64,000 nucleotides of DNA from Azolla caroliniana (GCA_043228905.1 JBHGNT010000010.1:13640001-13704000); one strand, 5' to 3'. Counted from the stretch's first letter, positions 10,601 to 24,525 are shown. Notes: generated by a model from the sequence alone, not told the origin. Made by a program: numbers and translations.

Positions 10601-13464
10601 TCCTTTGCAACATTTACCGGTCAGGGCTTGTCTGCTGTGCCGAGGTCCACCTCCTCTAGTTGGGATGCTTTTACCCTCTGGGATATCGTCATTTCCCTCT
10701 CTAGGGATTCCTGCGCTTGTCGCAGTTCTTGGATCGCCGCTTGGTCCGGTTCATCCGGCGTCATAATGTACGGTTCTACTGCCGCCGTGATATCCACCTC
10801 AAATAGTGGGACGATTCGTGGGTGTTCCTCGAGGTACCGCTCGACTTCCTCGTCCGGTAATCCCTCCAACATGTTAATGCTTTCCGCATACAATGGAGTT
10901 GCTTCCTTACTGGTGATCACCCGTGGTTGCGTCGTTACTCGTACCTTTGTTTTCCCTCGCCGAAATGTGATCATGTTCTTTTGCTAGCTCTGCTTGATAT
11001 GCGCCGTTCGCAGCCATGGTCGTCCTAGCAGTAGGGGGTACGCGCCTTGTACATTCAGCTGCAGCACCACGGCCGATATCCGGAATACGTGGCCTCCGAT
11101 CGTTACTTCCAAATCCCGGATAAGCCCGGTCGGTCGGACTGAGCTGGTATCCGCCATGCGTAACCAGAAGGGGCATGGTTCCCATTCCCGGATGCCCAGG
11201 TCGTTGCATGTCTGTTGGCTGATGACATTTACCCCGGAGCCTCTGTCAATAATCGTTCCAGCAATTTCCTTTCCTTTCACGATTGCCGTGATCGCCGGGC
11301 TACTTGTATCGACCACCGCTGGTCCTTCCTCCGGGTTGGAGAAGAATGCCGGTGTTGGCGTCGGCTTCGGTTTTCTCACGGATGCCTGTAAGTCTGCCGT
11401 AAACCGTGGCACCAATAGTAGTAGTCGTGCTAACGGCAGCACGATTTGACAGTCCTGTAGCGCTTGCCACGTCGGGTTTTCTCCTGGCTGTATGATTTCT
11501 TCGTCTTTTGCCATATTTTGGTCTCTTACTTCTGCCGCATTCTGTTCATTGGCCTGCTTGATCCATTGTGCCGCTTGTTTTCTAATTGCCTCCTGGGCTT
11601 CCCACTCGGCGGTCTTTCCCTTTGACCGGGTTGTGACTTGCTGTACTTTTGTTATTTCGGTTGTAACCATGTTGACTTCCGGCTGCTTGTCATTGGTTTT
11701 GCTTGGGCATTGGTTACTATAGTGGCCTTCCTTACGGCAGTAATAACAGTACACCTTGTGACTGTTGCTCGTTTCTCCTTTGTCCCCGGTTTGGAGGGTG
11801 GGTATGCTCCGGCGGTCGTCTTCGGTTTTTCGGTTATCCGGTACCGATACCGGGTTGTCATTCCTCGCTGCCTCCCGACGTTCCTCTCTTCGGAAAAATC
11901 CACGCTTCTGATTCCGTCGGAAATTTCGGTTCCCTTGTTGCCTCTCTTCTCTGCGTCGTTCGTATTCCGGGGATTCGTCTCGGTCGTACCGGTCCCGGGG
12001 GTAGCTATCTCTGCGTCTCTCCTCTCGGTCATAGTTATCGCGTCTTCTATCAGCGTATATGTTACCGCGTTCGCGTTGGTAGCGGTCGTCTCTCCGGAAT
12101 CGATCCTCGTCCGGGTTCTGATTGCGCGGTTCTATGTGTCGAACCGGTGCTGCCTGCCGATTTAACAGGTTATATTCGCATCGGTCCGTTGTATGGGCTC
12201 GAGAGTTGCAGATCATACATTGTGTCCGCAGGGTGCAGTCTACTGTTGAGTGCCCCGAATTTAGGCATGTTGTACATTGTAAGGCCTGTCGGAACCTCAG
12301 GTCTTCCTCCTTCGGGAGTGCTCGGTGTAACATCCCCATCGACAAGAAGGGGCTAGTCTTGTCCATTTCTAAAACCCGATCAATAACTTGGTCCATTGTG
12401 CTGGTTTGGAAATCAAGGACTCCGCACATTGTTCGAAGTGGCTCTTTCAGCGCGGCCAAAAAGACTGCTTTGGCTTCGTCTTCGGGTGGTGCTCTTGTCA
12501 GTTGGTTGTGCAGGGTCTGAAACCGAATGATGAATTGTGGCACAGTCTCGTTCTCTTCCTGCCGGGTGGTGTAGAACTACCCGACCAATTCCCTTTGCTC
12601 AAATTGTCTGTGAAAAAGCCTGAGGAATCTGGCCTTCAAGGCATCGAATGTGGCAAAGTTGCCCGGTAAGTGCTTTGCGTGCCATCGGGCCGCCGGTCCT
12701 TCTAAGGTTATGCCGAATTCGGCGACTTTGGATCGTTCGGCTTCGGGCTCCGTCAGTCTTTGGGAGACATGGTTGGCTTCCCATGTTTGGAGGAATGCGT
12801 ACACGTGTGCCTCCGCGTCGGCCTCATCCCGGTACTTTGGGTATGGGTACGACATCGTGTCATCCAACTGACTCTCCTGCTTCCTCCGCTCTCTGTCCGC
12901 TGTTGGCGTTGGTGTGAGAACCTTTGGTTCCTCCGCGGGTGTTGCCGGTGTCCGGTCCTTTGGTTCCTCCGCGGGTGTTGTCGGTATCCGCTCCTTCGGT
13001 TCCTTCGCGGTTGTTGTCGGTATCCGGTCAGCCTCCTTCGGCGATTGCCGGTCACCGAATTCCAGGGTTATTTCTTCCTCTGGCGCCGGTGTTACTGAGT
13101 CTTCCGACCCCTCGTCCTCCCGGTCGTTTGGTGTGTCGTGGCTGCTTTTATACCGGGACGCAACGCTTCCGTCGCTTTCCGACTCCGCCTCAAGTGTTGC
13201 GAATGCTTCAGAGTCCCCGTCGCCCCCGGCGAGTGTCTGCAGTATCGTTTCCGCCTCTTGCAGGCTTGTTATGCTACTACCTTCGTCGGGGATTTGCAGA
13301 ACCCGGAACTGCAGTGCTTCTTCTGCGACTCCCCGAAGAGTTTTGGAGAATGACCGATCCCGCCGGATCTCGTCGACGGCTTGCTGCAGGGCTTCCCGTC
13401 GTTGCTCGCGTTCGGTGTATCGTCTCCCTCGTTCGGTGATGTGGTCGTCGTTTGGTCTAGACAT
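7606..13464 (-). pseudogene. gag-pol: gag-pol polyprotein of element B, one frame broken by four in-frame stops
   Basis: Zinc knuckle CYYCRKEGHYSNQC, protease TIIDRGSGVN, RT WLSPIVVVPKKNGKIRVCVDYRKLN and VFLDD, RNase H FIDASD...EREAL, integrase WGLDFVGP...ITDQG...NGLAESTN, GPY/F-like WTGPF. Stops at 12577, 10984, 10621 and 9244. Confidence 0.95.
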
Positions 13465-13500
13465 CCATCCCCCAGTTGTCCTCTGCACTTTGCAGGAATC

Positions 13501-13510
13501 GTGGTCGCCA
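13501..13510 (-). promoter_or_regulatory. PBS of element B, probably tRNA-Arg
   Basis: TGGCGACCAC lies 6 nt after the 5' LTR. It is only a 10-nt match. Confidence 0.6.
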
Positions 13511-13516
13511 AAATAG

Positions 13517-13880
13517 TGTTGTCTGCCTGGCCGGACTAGCCTCAACACAGGTGTCTATCCGACACTTCTCCAAAGGGGTGGTAAGGATTGGATGCTAGGT
13601 TACACGCGTAAGATGATTACAATTAAGCACAGACAGTAAACAATATGAGATACAGATAAACACGCAATAATTACTATTGTATTACTTCCGTCAAACCCTT
13701 TACAAATCATCGGATCCTTTTATAGGCATCCGGCAAGGTTACAATCAGTGCGCTTAGGCAACCGACATCCGAATCGGTCCGGATCCGTCCCTCCGAATAA
13801 TAATTCTACTATTATTTACTTCCTATTATCCGATCCGACTCCGCCTTCCCACTTGTCCTTGCTCTTCTGACCGGCCAACA
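13517..13880 (-). repeat. 5' LTR of element B (364 bp)
   Basis: Direct repeat of 3843-4231. Confidence 0.96.
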
Positions 13881-16800
13881 GTGGCCGCCGTGCCGGCCCG
13901 ATACCTCCTTGTAGCTCTACCTTCTCCCCTCCTACTTGATCCCGTTCACCTGCTGCCACCATCCTTCTCACTCGGTCTCACGTTGCCATGCCGGCTTGAA
14001 CTACCGGTGTCTCCGGATTTGTGTGAGGATCGCCGTAGGATCGCCCGTCCGCACTCCCCACATCGCCAGTTCCCATTTCCTGCCGCCACCATCCTTCTCA
14101 CTCGGTCTCACATTGCCATGTCGGCTTGAACTGCCAGTGTCTCCGGATCGGTGTGAGGATCCCATAGGACCGGTCTTTCGCTGCCTTTGCCCTTGTCCCC
14201 TCGCCACCACCGTCAGTCTCTTGGTCTTACGTTGGCTCCGCTGCCGACCGCCGAAGTCTTTAGATCCGGTGTGAAGGATCCTCCTTGGGCCTCCCGTCTT
14301 CTCAACCCTATCCTGAGTCTTCCTTCTTTGCGTGTCGAGAGGGTGGCCCGCTCCACACCCTCTCCTGTGGTACCGATGTACCGTGTTCCGGGCTTCCCGT
14401 AGGCCTGCCTCTTCCTCCCTTCTGGATCGGCTATCCGGAAGTCCGCTCCACCTGGTTCTTGTCTGGGTCCGTCCATCACTTCGTATTGCCGGGTCCCGTT
14501 CTCCTGCCGCCACCATCGGTATCTTGGTCTTACGTCGGATCCGATGCCGACCGCCGAAGTCTCTAGCCCGGTGTGAGGTGACCCATAGGACCAGTCCTCG
14601 TTCTCCGCTTGTACTTCTCCGAATTCGTCGTCGCTCTCCTTGTTGTGCTACCACCTCCATCTCCCATCTCTTTCGGACTCACGTTGCCTTGTTGGCTTGA
14701 ACTGCCGAAGTCTCTAGTCAAGATGTGGAGTAACCGATTTCGTAACGTCCTCTGGCAACTCGTCCCAAACCACCGACCCTTTTAGTGGTGTCTGTGGATA
14801 GCATCCGCTCTGTGATCAACCAAGCCCCGCTTGGGCTTGATTCTCCAATGTCCGGAGTTTCGGCTCTGATGTCGATCCTGCCGGACGCATTCCGAACCCT
14901 TGATCACCTCCCTCTGATTCCTGACCTTCGCCCGATCGGTCTTTCTCCCAATGTAAAAGAGGGTGGCTTGTTCCGCACCCTCTCCCGTATCGGCACTGCA
15001 TGCCGATTCTGGCCCCGGTCGAACAATCCACGACCGGATCGCGCTCCATCCGAATAGGAGTGCCACACGGTTAGGTCCCCGGTCGGGTCGTTTCTTGGTC
15101 CTTTCGTCAACCTTCTCGCGGGCCATTTCCCACCCTCTTTGTTGGCATCGTGCCAGGACTCTTTGATACCGTAATCCATCTCCTTGGTCTCACGTGGGCG
15201 TAAGGGCTCGAATGCCAAGTTCTCCGGAATCGGTTCCGAGGGCTCTTGTCCGTTCCTTCCCTTGTATCGTCTTGCCAACGATTCTCGGTCTCACGCCGCT
15301 GCCTTCCTCTTCTTGGGACTCACGTGGGCACTCGGGCCCGACTGCCATCATCTTGGGAGCAAGTGTGGGAAGACGTGTAGAATCGCCCGTCTGTTTTACG
15401 CCCTTGTCCGCAAGTGTGGGAGCAAGTGTGGGAGCCTAAAACCACCGGTCTCATCGTTCTGATTCTGCGATCGGTATCTCGGCCTCGTCCTCGGCCGTTC
15501 TATCTCCGCAAGTTGAGAGGGTGTCTTGCTCCACACCCTCTCCCGTGGTACTGTCATACTGATCTCCTGCCATCTCGTGGGGCAGGTCCGTCTCCTCGGC
15601 GTCGGCTTGCGGCCTCGATCTTTCCTCTTCCTTGAGCATTGCCTCGAGAGCTACGTACACCTCCATAATCCTGGCCCGGAAGCCAAGCCTTGCCGACTCA
15701 CTTTGCAGTTCGACCTCTTCCCACTGTGATGGTGTGCCGTCACGTGCCTTCCTCCTAGCCTTCTCAGCCCGCTCGTCATCTAGCCGTTGGCATACCCTTC
15801 CGACCTTCGACCAGTCCTCCGTAAGGCCATTCGCTCTGTCATCATCTTTGAGCTCAATCATCTAGCCGATGGCCTCCCATTCCGCTTGGTCGATCGACCT
15901 AACGAACAGCAGGACTTTGTCTGCCCCCACCAAACCTTGGTCCCGCTCCGGCAGCCGAGCAAGCTGTCGCTCGAACTCTCGAAACGCCTTCGTTGCACCC
16001 CGGTGGGTCTTCGCTGATGCCACCCACTGGTCGAAGCCGTCCCCGTCTCTTCCGCTGTCCTCCATATGCCTGCAAGAGCGCCTCTTCAAAGGCCTCCCAC
16101 AAACTATGAGCTTCTTGGAGCTCCTTCACTTCCGCGTGGATGCGGACGGCGACGACCCGACAGAAGAACCCCAACCTCAACGCTTCGTCTACGTGTCGCT
16201 TCTCCATTTCTGCGTTGTAGGCTTCCAAGTAGAACGGGACTTTGTCCTCGTTGAAACGGCCGACTCTTTCGCCCACTCGCTCAACAACTTGCTGCGCCAC
16301 CTCTGTTCTTGTTGTTGCTCGTCCAAACTCCCTCACCACTTCAACAAAAAGTTGTGCGAAGTCGTCTTCTTCCAACTCCATTCTCCCTTGCCGCCCTTCA
16401 TAGCAAGTTCACCAAATATGTCGTGTTATTACGCGCGTGCGTGTAAAAGGGCGGGACCACGGGGGTCTCGGACGAGGGAGAAGGGATGCCAGGAAAACCG
16501 ACACCGGACACGACCCGGATGCAACCAAACACGAGAGAGAGAGAGAGAGAGCATGCGTGCAACACCGACTCTTATGTACAGAAAACAGAGGGGATCTACG
16601 TACCCGACACCATCAGAGACACCAATATGCACAAACAGATATGAATATATATATATTACAAAGGGGAGGATACAACCTTGGCTTCGAGCTGAGCTACGTA
16701 CAGAAGAAAAGAAGTTAACCCTATCAGAGCTTTGCTGCCATGGCTGCAGCACCCAGCTTCTCAAGAAGGAGAAGGAGAAGAAGTTACTAACCCTAGAAAC

Positions 16801-17038
16801 TCTTAATAAAATGACCCTCTACAAAATGGTATACCCTTACGACTCAAAATGGGCAACCCATCAACAAGGGAGCCCTCCCTCCTTTTATAGACCAAGGAGG
16901 GGAGGGCGTTACAATGTGGGATAAATACTCTCCTTTTATTCTATACACCGTTTCCTACTATACATGTGCACATGTTGCACATTGCCGACTTGCCCATTCC
17001 ATCCCGATTTCACACTATAGCCAGAAATATTCACGACA
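13881..17038 (-). mobile_element. Element D: gypsy derivative of the TGTCGTG clade with gag plus repetitive internal sequence and no pol. Continues at ~3740-3842 on the other side of B.
   Basis: LTR 16419-17038 (TGTCGTG...CACGACA), short Trp-type PBS TGGTGAAC at 16407-16414, and a repeated motif CCGGATCGGTGTGAGGATCC that also occurs at ~3758-3780. Confidence 0.8.
15451..16381 (-). pseudogene. gag: gag-like ORF of element D, frameshifted
   Basis: RVGRFNEDKVPFYLEAYNAEM and DKVLLFVRSID align with F gag RIGQFNGKDVSRYLRDYKAEM and DKVIMFLRAVD. Confidence 0.8.
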
Positions 17039-17849
17039 TCGATTCTCACTATTCCGGAGTACGATCAGGCTCTAGGTTCTGGATACTGATATATCTAGAC
17101 ACCTATCCAAGTACCTATCCGGTTCTCCGTTTCGGATACCGATTCGGCTTTGGCTTATTCAGCCAATCCGAACCCGGTTGAGCTTGCCCACTCAACACTC
17201 CCCCTCAAGATCAACTTGAGGTCGGATCGTTGTGTGTGTCCACCAGTCCATTCCTCTGGTTCCTCCTGGCACGCTCCTTCACCCGTCCGGTTCTGCTTCC
17301 CATGACCCGTCCAGTCTCGCGCACCTCGACCTTCTCGGTTGGCTTGTCTACTCATAAGGCCCTTCTCAGCTCCTTCACTGCTACGACTTCAGCGCTTCTC
17401 AACCCGTCGGTCCCTCTGTGTCAGTGTCAAGTTCTGTTGATTCAGCTCCTCTAAATCAAACACCTCTTCTGAATTGGGTGCCTCCGATTCGTTCCAGCTC
17501 TTGTTCGAATTGGTTGTCTCCGATTCGTCTTCAACCTTCAGGCCCTTCACCATGTCCGAATCTTGGCCTTCTCATTCCGGTCCGCTCTATCCTTCTTGAC
17601 TCTACCGTCGTCGCCGATTGTTCTGACTTGGTCGGATGTGCCAAATTCTTCAGTCGACTCGGCTCCATTTTTCTTTTGGTCTCCCCCTGCTTCGTTTGTC
17701 CTTCTCTCTGACTGTTCGTCCAGTGCCATTTCCTACTTCCTCCTTTCTCCCCCTAGAGTATGGCATGTCGAGATGCTGAAGACCAAGCATCACCAAAAAA
17801 TGTTGCAACTTGTCCAGGCTGAGAGGTTTGGTGAAGTTGTCGGCAACCT

Positions 17850-19314
17850 GTCGATCCGTCCGAACATATCGAGTTCTACTTTACCACTAAGGACCTACTC
17901 GCACACAAAGTGGTAATGCACTTCTATGTGCTTCATCTAAGCATGAAACACAGGGTTCTTGGCTAGTTGCATGCTTCTCATGTTGTCTCAGTAGATCGGG
18001 ATTGGAGTCGGTACTTCAATCCAGAGGTCTTGTAGGAGCCGCTGAAGCCAAATGGCTTCACAAGTGTCAATGGTAGCACCACGATACTCAGCCTCAGTGG
18101 TCGAAAGAGCCACTGTCGGTTGCTTCTTGCTACTCCACGCAACAGCTGCACTACCCAAAGAAAACATAAATCCGGGATGTTGACCGCCGATCCAATGCAT
18201 CACCGGCCCATTCGACATGTGTATATCCGACTTGCTTCGCGGTTATACCATGTCGGTATAATAGTCCCCAGTTCTTAGTGCCGCTTACATACCTGAGTAT
18301 TCGGTGCACACACTGAAGGTGCTCCACGGTTGGTTTCTGCATAAATTGACTTATCATCCCGACCAGATAGTCAATGTCGGGTCGGGTGATTGTTAAGTAA
18401 ATAAGGCTTCTGACAAGTTGTCGGAAGCGTTTCTCATCGCAGGCCGGTTTGGAGTCTGGATGAAGCTTGAGATTCCAGTCCAGGGGTGTGGAGATTGGTC
18501 GACAATTTGTCATGCTGAACTTGTACAACATATTCAACACATAATGTTGCTAAGAGAGCAGTATGTCGTCGGGGGTATGGATCACTTAGATCCCGAGGAA
18601 GTAATGAAGGTCCCCCAGTTCCTTCATTTCCAATGCATCTGACAACTGGGACTTCATTCGATCGATCTCAGCAAGTCCATGTCCGGTGATGACTAGATCA
18701 TCCACATATAGTAGGATACATACCAGACCATCCGGACCTTTCCGGATAAACAGTGAAGAGTCCGACTTCGAGGCCACAAACCCCATCTTACATAACCGGT
18801 GCGTTATCTTCGAATTCCAAGCACGAGGGGCTTGCTTCAGGCTGTAAAGGGACTTTTTGAGTCAACACACTACCGACTTGTTCATCTCCAACTGAAATCT
18901 GGGGGATTGGGTCATGTAGACTTGTTCTTCAAGGTCACCTTGATGAAACGCATTCTTCACATCCATTTCGTGAAGATGCCACCCCCTTGCTGCAGTAACC
19001 ACCACCACCACACGAACCATCGTCATCTTCGTTACCGGAGCGAAGTTCTCGTCGTAGTTGATTCCGTGGGTTTGTGCATATCCTTTGGCCACTAACCGAG
19101 CCTTGTACCGGTTGACCGAACCGTCCATATTGTACTTTACCTTGTACACCCACTTGCAACCCATTGGTTTGTAATGTCGGGGAGCCTCAACCAAGTCCCA
19201 TGTGTTGTTGGCATCGAGTGCCCGCATCTCTCCCTCCATAGCGGCACGCCAATGTGCATCCCTTGCATCTTTTGCGTAGCACACCAGCTCACGCACCTCC
19301 GCCACTTTCCTCAT
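17850..19314 (-). pseudogene. pol: Copia RT-RNase H of element E
   Basis: TWDLV...CKWVYKVK...[38 protein letters not shown]. Several stops. Confidence 0.93.
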
Positions 19315-19878
19315 GTACGTTGTCGTGCCTTTCGGCTCCGGATCGTTACGTGAGTCGGGCGGGAACCACTGAGGTTTTAGACTAGGAGAAAAGAAAATTC
19401 TAAGACAATTAAGAATATGAAATATATTGTAATAAAGAAAGATATGAAAAACTCGTGAATCCCACGAGTATAGTGTATTAGTGAGTACTCAGATTAAGAG
19501 AGAAAAATAGTTAGCAAATTCGTGAATCCCACGAATATATTATATTAATCAACCCTTGTAAAATAATCAACAACCTTATACATATTTCTCTCCTCCTTAT
19601 ATAAGGATGGGAGAGGCTAAGCATGGCTTCTTCCTTTCCCTAAAAGTGTTCATGCACACTAAATGTGCATGTGATGTTTTCTTTTTTTTCAACCTTGCTT
19701 TTATTTGCTAAATATAGTGCTCATGCACGCTAGATGTGCATGAGTAATCTTGTATTGGTTTACATTTTTCTCATAAATAAAGTATTCACGTACTCTAAAA
19801 ATGAATGAGTTATCTTTTTAATAAAAGTAGGCGTAAATAAAGGTCTTATAGGTATTAAATCTGTATTTAGAACATTAA

Positions 19879-19950
19879 GGATAAGTTAGTACAATGGTAA
19901 GGTTGGGGTTTGTCTACGTGGAGGTACAGGGTTTGAATCTTGCCCTATGC
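19879..19950 (+). promoter_or_regulatory. tRNA-like Pol III module in the F 3' LTR (second copy ~30498-30570)
   Basis: A-box TAGTACAATGG (19887) and B-box GGTTTGAATCT (19930), followed by a T-run near 19963. Confidence 0.6.
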
Positions 19951-20112
19951 ATGTAATACATATTTTTTTTAATATTTTATTTTATTTATTATACGTACTT
20001 TAAATCGGATATAGTATTTTACATATTTCACGTAGTGTGTGATTCACAATATGACACTCGCCCCCTCCGAACCTACACATCCTCCGGTATGTGCCGAAGC
20101 CCCCGATGCTTG

Positions 20113-23100
20113 CTATTCACCTTCATCCGAAGCTTCCTCCGATTCTCCCCTTAAGTTGACTATGAGTTGTAATCCAGTTTCTTCGCTTTCCGCATCACCG
20201 CGATCTTCGTCTGATTTCTCCTCCTTGTTGGTCTTGTCTAGGATCACATAGGGTTCTTCATCAGTCCGCTTCTTGAAAATCTTCACCCGTTTCCCGGCTA
20301 TAAGCACTCGTAGCATCGTTCCATCCAACTCGCATAGTCGGTAAGTTCCGTTGTCGAAAACTTTCCGAATCTCATATGGCCCGAACCACCATTTCGCGAA
20401 CTTCCCCAGCGTTGTATGTTGATCATCCAAACTACTGTCGTAGAGAATCACCCAATCTCCTTCTTCAATCTTCCGCGGTCGTAGTCGGTGCTTTGTGTCA
20501 AACTGGCTTTTATTCCGGAATCGCGCTTCTTGTTGTCGACGTATTGCTTCCGCTATGTCTTCCAGCCTTCCCTCTAGTTGTCGTATCCGGACCGCTAGTA
20601 GTTCTTCCCGGCTCATCTCTTCCTTCCACGGTAGCCCTATCCATGTCGCGATCGCATTACCGGTGCTTGTCTGGTCATGAGTTCTGTCGGCATGTAACCG
20701 GTTACGGACCTATGCGTCGTCCGATCCGCCCATAGTGCATACGGAAGCATTTGCGGCCAATCCTTCACCCTTCCATCGCATGCCTTCGCAAGTGCTTTGA
20801 CGATCGAACTATGTCCTCGTTCAATCTTCCCGTTGGCTTCCGGATTGTATGCCATTGTCAGTGTTAACCGAACTCCATGTTTGGCGAAGAATCCCCTAGC
20901 TTTGTCAGATTCAAGTTCTCCTCGATCCGCAATCACTTGTCCTACGCACCCGTACATGCAAAACACCTCCTCCAAAAGAAATTGGCATACCGCAGAACAC
21001 GTTTTCCTTCGTAGTGCTCGACCTTCTACTTGGTTTGTGAGATCTTCCCGAGCTAACACCAAGTACTTCTTTTGTCTGATCCCAGTTGGCATGGCTACAA
21101 TGTCGACCATCCACTTGAAGTTGATTTTCGGTGAAAATGTCGTATGTAATTCATCTCGGTGTCGAACCCCGAAGTAGACTTGACACTTCTCGCAGCTTCC
21201 CATGAACTCCGCTACATCTTTGTACATATTCTTCCACCAATATTTTTGTTTGATTTTCACAAAAGTTGCCCATGTTCCTAGATGTCCAGCCCAAACGGAT
21301 TCATGAAAGTCGGATATTATCCGGTTTCGTTGCTCTTTCATCCCCAACTACCTGAAGTGGTATGCCATCCGGTCTTTTCGGCTCCCTCCATATTAATCCA
21401 TTTTTCAAGAAGAACTTTTGGACTTGTCGCTTCTTACTTTGGATCTTGGTTCTCTTTTCTTTATCGTTCGTTGACACCTCGATCTCTTGTAGCATCTCCC
21501 CGATCATCAAGCTTTCTTCCTCGTATTCTTCTTCTTGGAATTCTCGGATTACGTTTACTCGGCATATGTGTTCCGAAGCAAAGTAGTCTTCAAAAACTTC
21601 TTCATTATCGGATTCGTCTATGTCGTCTCCGAACCAAGCCCTTGATAGCATATCCGCTACCGCGTTGTCTTTTCCGGAGATGTGTCGTATGTCCGGGTTA
21701 AGCGACTTAACATATGCAATCCATCTTAGCATAGCCACATCCGGTATCGTGCAACACCACATCATCCCGAGTATCGGAAGACGATTCGTTTTGATCACTA
21801 CTTCGGCTCCGATCAAATAATCTTGATCCGATTTGATTGCTGATATGACTCCCCATAATTCTCTTTTGACTTGTGCATACCCGCGTTGCCTTTCGTTGAG
21901 AACCTTTGCTCCGAATCGGATCAGATATCGCAAACCATCCGGATCGCCTTGATTGATGACTCATCCGATTCCGGTTGGACTTGTGTCAACCATTACTATG
22001 ATCGGTTGGTCATAGTTCGGCTTCTTTAGTGCTTTTGCCCTCTGTAGTGATATCTTGAGCTTCTTCACGGCTTTGCAATGCTCCGGTTTCCATTTGAACT
22101 TCTTACCCTTCCGCAACAAGTGATAGAGTGGGTCCGCAATATGTGCATAGTGTGGAATCCATATGTGGTAGAATGCACATGCTCCGAGAAACCTTCGGAC
22201 TTCGGATAGTGACTCACATATTTCTTTCATAGCTTGAATCGCATCGATCTTGGTCGGTGACGGTCTTTGGCTGTAGGGCCCACATAGATGTCCGACTACC
22301 AATATCTCTTCTTTCCCGAAGGCCGATTTCTCCCTGGAAAGTGTTAGGTGCACATCTTCTAACTTTCGAAGCACTTTCTCACAATCGCGAATATGGTCGA
22401 CTACGAACTTTCGGCATCCTCGATCATCCATAGTTTCATCTTTTTCTTCTACCGCACATCCTTTCATCGGAATGTCATCTAGGAACGGCATAGTTATCTC
22501 CGGGATGCAATCTCGAAGCACCTTGTTCATCGCGTTCATCATATGTGCAACCGATTTTGTCTCTCCTTGTGGTAGTGTGCACATTCGGACTAACCCTATC
22601 GGTGTCCGCATGGTGGTGATGTCTCGGCTCTCCACTGCTAGTTGGAATTGGTCATACCCGGACCGGAGTATAGGTCTCCGATGGAGTATATCGCGCATCC
22701 GGAAAAAGCTTCTACAAATTCGTCCACTATCAAACCAACTCCCAAGTTCCGGATCGTGACCTTGTTCACCAGTTGCAAGTCTTGGATAAGTCGGAGTGAT
22801 CCATTCTTCTTCGGAACCGTAAACCATCGATTCGAGTATGGAGCATTTGATGGCTCTAGAATCTCCACTGCCACCTTCTCCATGAGCAAGTCGATGACTT
22901 TCGGAATATGCACCCGTGGCACCGGAATCGGCTTCAGGTTCCACAGCACATGGTCAATCGTGAAGATCACCATCGGCTACACTATCTTCGGATCAATGCA
23001 TCCTATCTCCCTTGATGTGAATACGAACGCTTTGCCATGTTGCTCCAACATCTCACGAAACCATTCTTCTTCTTTTTGTAAGAGGAAACCACTTCCACCG

Positions 23101-23660
23101 ATCCGAAGTTTCTTCCGGGTCTCATCCGTGAAGACATGTCCGATATCCACAGACTTCCGAAGTGTCGGATCTCCCGAGACTTCTTTCCTCTTTTGCTCGC
23201 TATCGGTGGGTAACGGTCCCGCGGCTGGTTTCACTTTCTTCTCCACGGTCTTGTATTTCGTACTTACCATTGCTTCTTCTTTGTGGAGCACATCTGGCCC
23301 CATTTTCGCAATGATCTCGTACATCTCGACCGATTCCACCGGGATTACCCGGTCTCCTTGGCTTTTATTCTCCACAAGCTCTTCAAGCCGTTGTGGTGTG
23401 CTCCCATAGAACACTTCTTCGACTACCCCTACGATTTCTTCGTCTTCTTTTATTATTGATGCTGACCGCAACTTATCCTCTATTTTTCGGTATTCTTTCT
23501 TCTTTCCTCCGGTTACGGCCGTGTACGTAGATGCCCCATCTGGACCGATTCGTACTTGTTTTGCTCCGAGAGTTTTCTTCTTGTGTGGGGTATCAGGGCT
23601 TCTCGAACTATCACTTCCCCACTCCGCAACAGTCCGCTCTAAAAATCCACTCTTGTTTGG
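20113..23660 (-). pseudogene. pol: RT-RNase H-integrase of element F, with frameshifts
   Basis: YSNRWFTVPKKNGSLRLIQDLQ, MPFLDD, VDTSPTGIG, WMVDIVAMP...IADRGE...NGKIERGH, WFGPY. Confidence 0.92.
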
Positions 23661-23833
23661 TGTCGAATACCTGTGTATAATGGACGTATTCACACCATCC
23701 CGTTTTGGCCATTTATGTAATTAGCATAAAGGGCAGTTGCCCTAAGTCGGTCACTATATATAGTGACCTTGTAACCTCTTTGTGAGGTTGGTTGTTGTAT
23801 TATTTGCTTTATGAAATAAAGAGTTCTTTTGTG

Positions 23834-23868
<35 letters not shown>

Positions 23869-24525
23869 AACGACCTACATTCTGTCATACGCAGGGAATA
23901 AACAGGAATCGAGTGCTTCTTGATCTTCCGCACTGACGACATTGCTTACAACATCTGGTATCAGAGCCTGCACAGTAGTCGGTCCCTCAATCCGCTGTCG
24001 GCCGTCGTCTCTGCATTCGGTTTCCTGCGTCATTCGAAGAAGAGAGAAGAAGAAGAAAAACCAGGTTTGCATCTCATCGCGTTAGATCATCTTTGTTTGG
24101 AGCAAGCCAGCAGGTTGTACTCCGTTCCCAGTGATCGTAACCGCTCGAGGTGAAATCCCCTTGTGCAACTCTGACAACAACCCAAATTCGTGCTACATCT
24201 GGCTGATCGACATTCGGGAGGATCAGTCGGATCCGTCTCTCTCGTCGCTGCAGTCAACCGAAGCAAAATCGGTTCAGATAATCGGTTTTAATAATCGGTA
24301 TTCGGCATATATATCCGAAACGAACCAGGCTCCGACTCGGCAACATTCGGGAAGACCAGTCGGTTCTGTCCCTCAAGCTACCGGAGTCAATTCGAGCAAG
24401 TTCCGAAGCCGAACCGACTCGGGTTCAAATCCGACTAGAACGATATCGGGTGAGCCAACCGGCTGCACTCCAACAAGGTTCGTAGTCAACTCCGAACCGA
24501 GCTTCGTCAACCGAAACCGAATTTG

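Larger units (their letters stand above)
3843..13880 (-). mobile_element. Element B: full-length non-chromovirus Ty3/gypsy retrotransposon (Athila/Tat-like) with a 3' extra ORF
   Basis: LTRs at 3843-4231 and 13517-13880 (TGTTG...CAACA), TSD GTGGC at 3838-3842 and 13881-13885, domain order gag-PR-RT-RH-INT, no chromodomain. Confidence 0.96.

Noticed and set aside
10621-12579. Programmed readthrough at the stops in B gag-pol
   Set aside because: There are too many stops, and each is explained by a single transition at a methylatable site.
4244-13516. Many plus-strand ORFs over element B
   Set aside because: These are antisense shadows of GC-rich coding sequence.
15869-16924. 351-aa plus-strand ORF
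   Set aside because: It runs antisense to gag D and through an LTR microsatellite, with no recognisable domain.
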